From: a virus
DNA: 64,000 nucleotides
Direction: 5' to 3' (one strand)
Virus record (IMG/VR): IMGVR_UViG_3300025897_000009
Both the position numbers and the translations under genes were made by a program. A model generated the notes under the pieces. That model worked only from the letters and a program-made list of their open reading frames with translations, made no database searches and was not told where the DNA came from. Of this stretch, positions 63,797 through 64,000 are shown in pieces. Position 1 is the first letter of the stretch, and each line of letters starts with the position of its first letter.

Positions 63797-64000
63797 TATG
63801 TCCTCTTATATTGTCCTAGTTTCAATTTTGCTGATAATCCTTGATAGACATTATTTTCTATCGTATCCATTACTGTATCTATACCCAAAGCATTCACCAT
63901 TTCATTGATGTCTTTGAGTTCTCCTATTCTTTTGTCATCCCAAATAACCACTCGCCATCCATCTTCAATGACTTGGGAAATTTTATTTAGAATTTGTATA
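63796..64000 (-). CDS. gp61: DNA primase gp61, C-terminal fragment (runs off window edge)
   Basis: I..G..VVIW.....KDINEMV......I.NN.Y.GL.AKL.L..YK; upstream of nrdA. Confidence 0.8.
   Translation of the reverse strand, partial: IQILNKISQVIEDGWRVVIWDDKRIGELKDINEMVNALGIDTVMDTIENNVYQGLSAKLKLGQYKRT

Overview
A 64-kb segment of an AT-rich, T4-like (myovirus) bacteriophage genome, probably aquatic; the phage-encoded bS21 looks gammaproteobacterial, which hints at the host. Most genes are on the minus strand. Reading from the right end: C-terminus of primase gp61, nrdA/nrdB (split by a 2OG-Fe(II) oxygenase), glutaredoxin and a RuvC-like nuclease. Next is a long accessory region (~35-58 kb) with RNase H, an SleB hydrolase, a HAD nucleotidase, a PD-(D/E)XK exonuclease, gp33, gp59 and many tailoring enzymes (sulfotransferases, 2OG/TauD oxygenases, Rieske-less oxygenase domains, SDR). 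Then come gp32, a structured late RNA, rpsU and the tail/baseplate module (gp2, gp54, gp26/gp51, tape measure, gp4, gp48, gp53, gp27-like, gp5, gp25, gp6, gp7, gp8, a 2214-aa virion protein, a fibre protein). The left end holds a Pro/Gln/aromatic repeat protein translationally coupled to a radical SAM/SPASM enzyme, an SDR and cupin-like paralogs. Best candidates for undescribed biology: (1) this repeat-protein + radical SAM cassette, a possible virion-fibre or RiPP-like modification system; (2) a lambda G/GT-like -1 frameshift joining gp26 to gp51; (3) a translation-control theme made up of a structured RNA upstream of bS21, many apparently leaderless promoters, and one gene with a 13-nt perfect complement to the 16S 3' tail; (4) a sulfotransferase/Rieske-less oxygenase/SDR/triple-paralog cluster. 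All product calls come from motif recognition and synteny by eye; no database searches were run. No tRNA, rRNA, CRISPR array, intron or intein was recognised.
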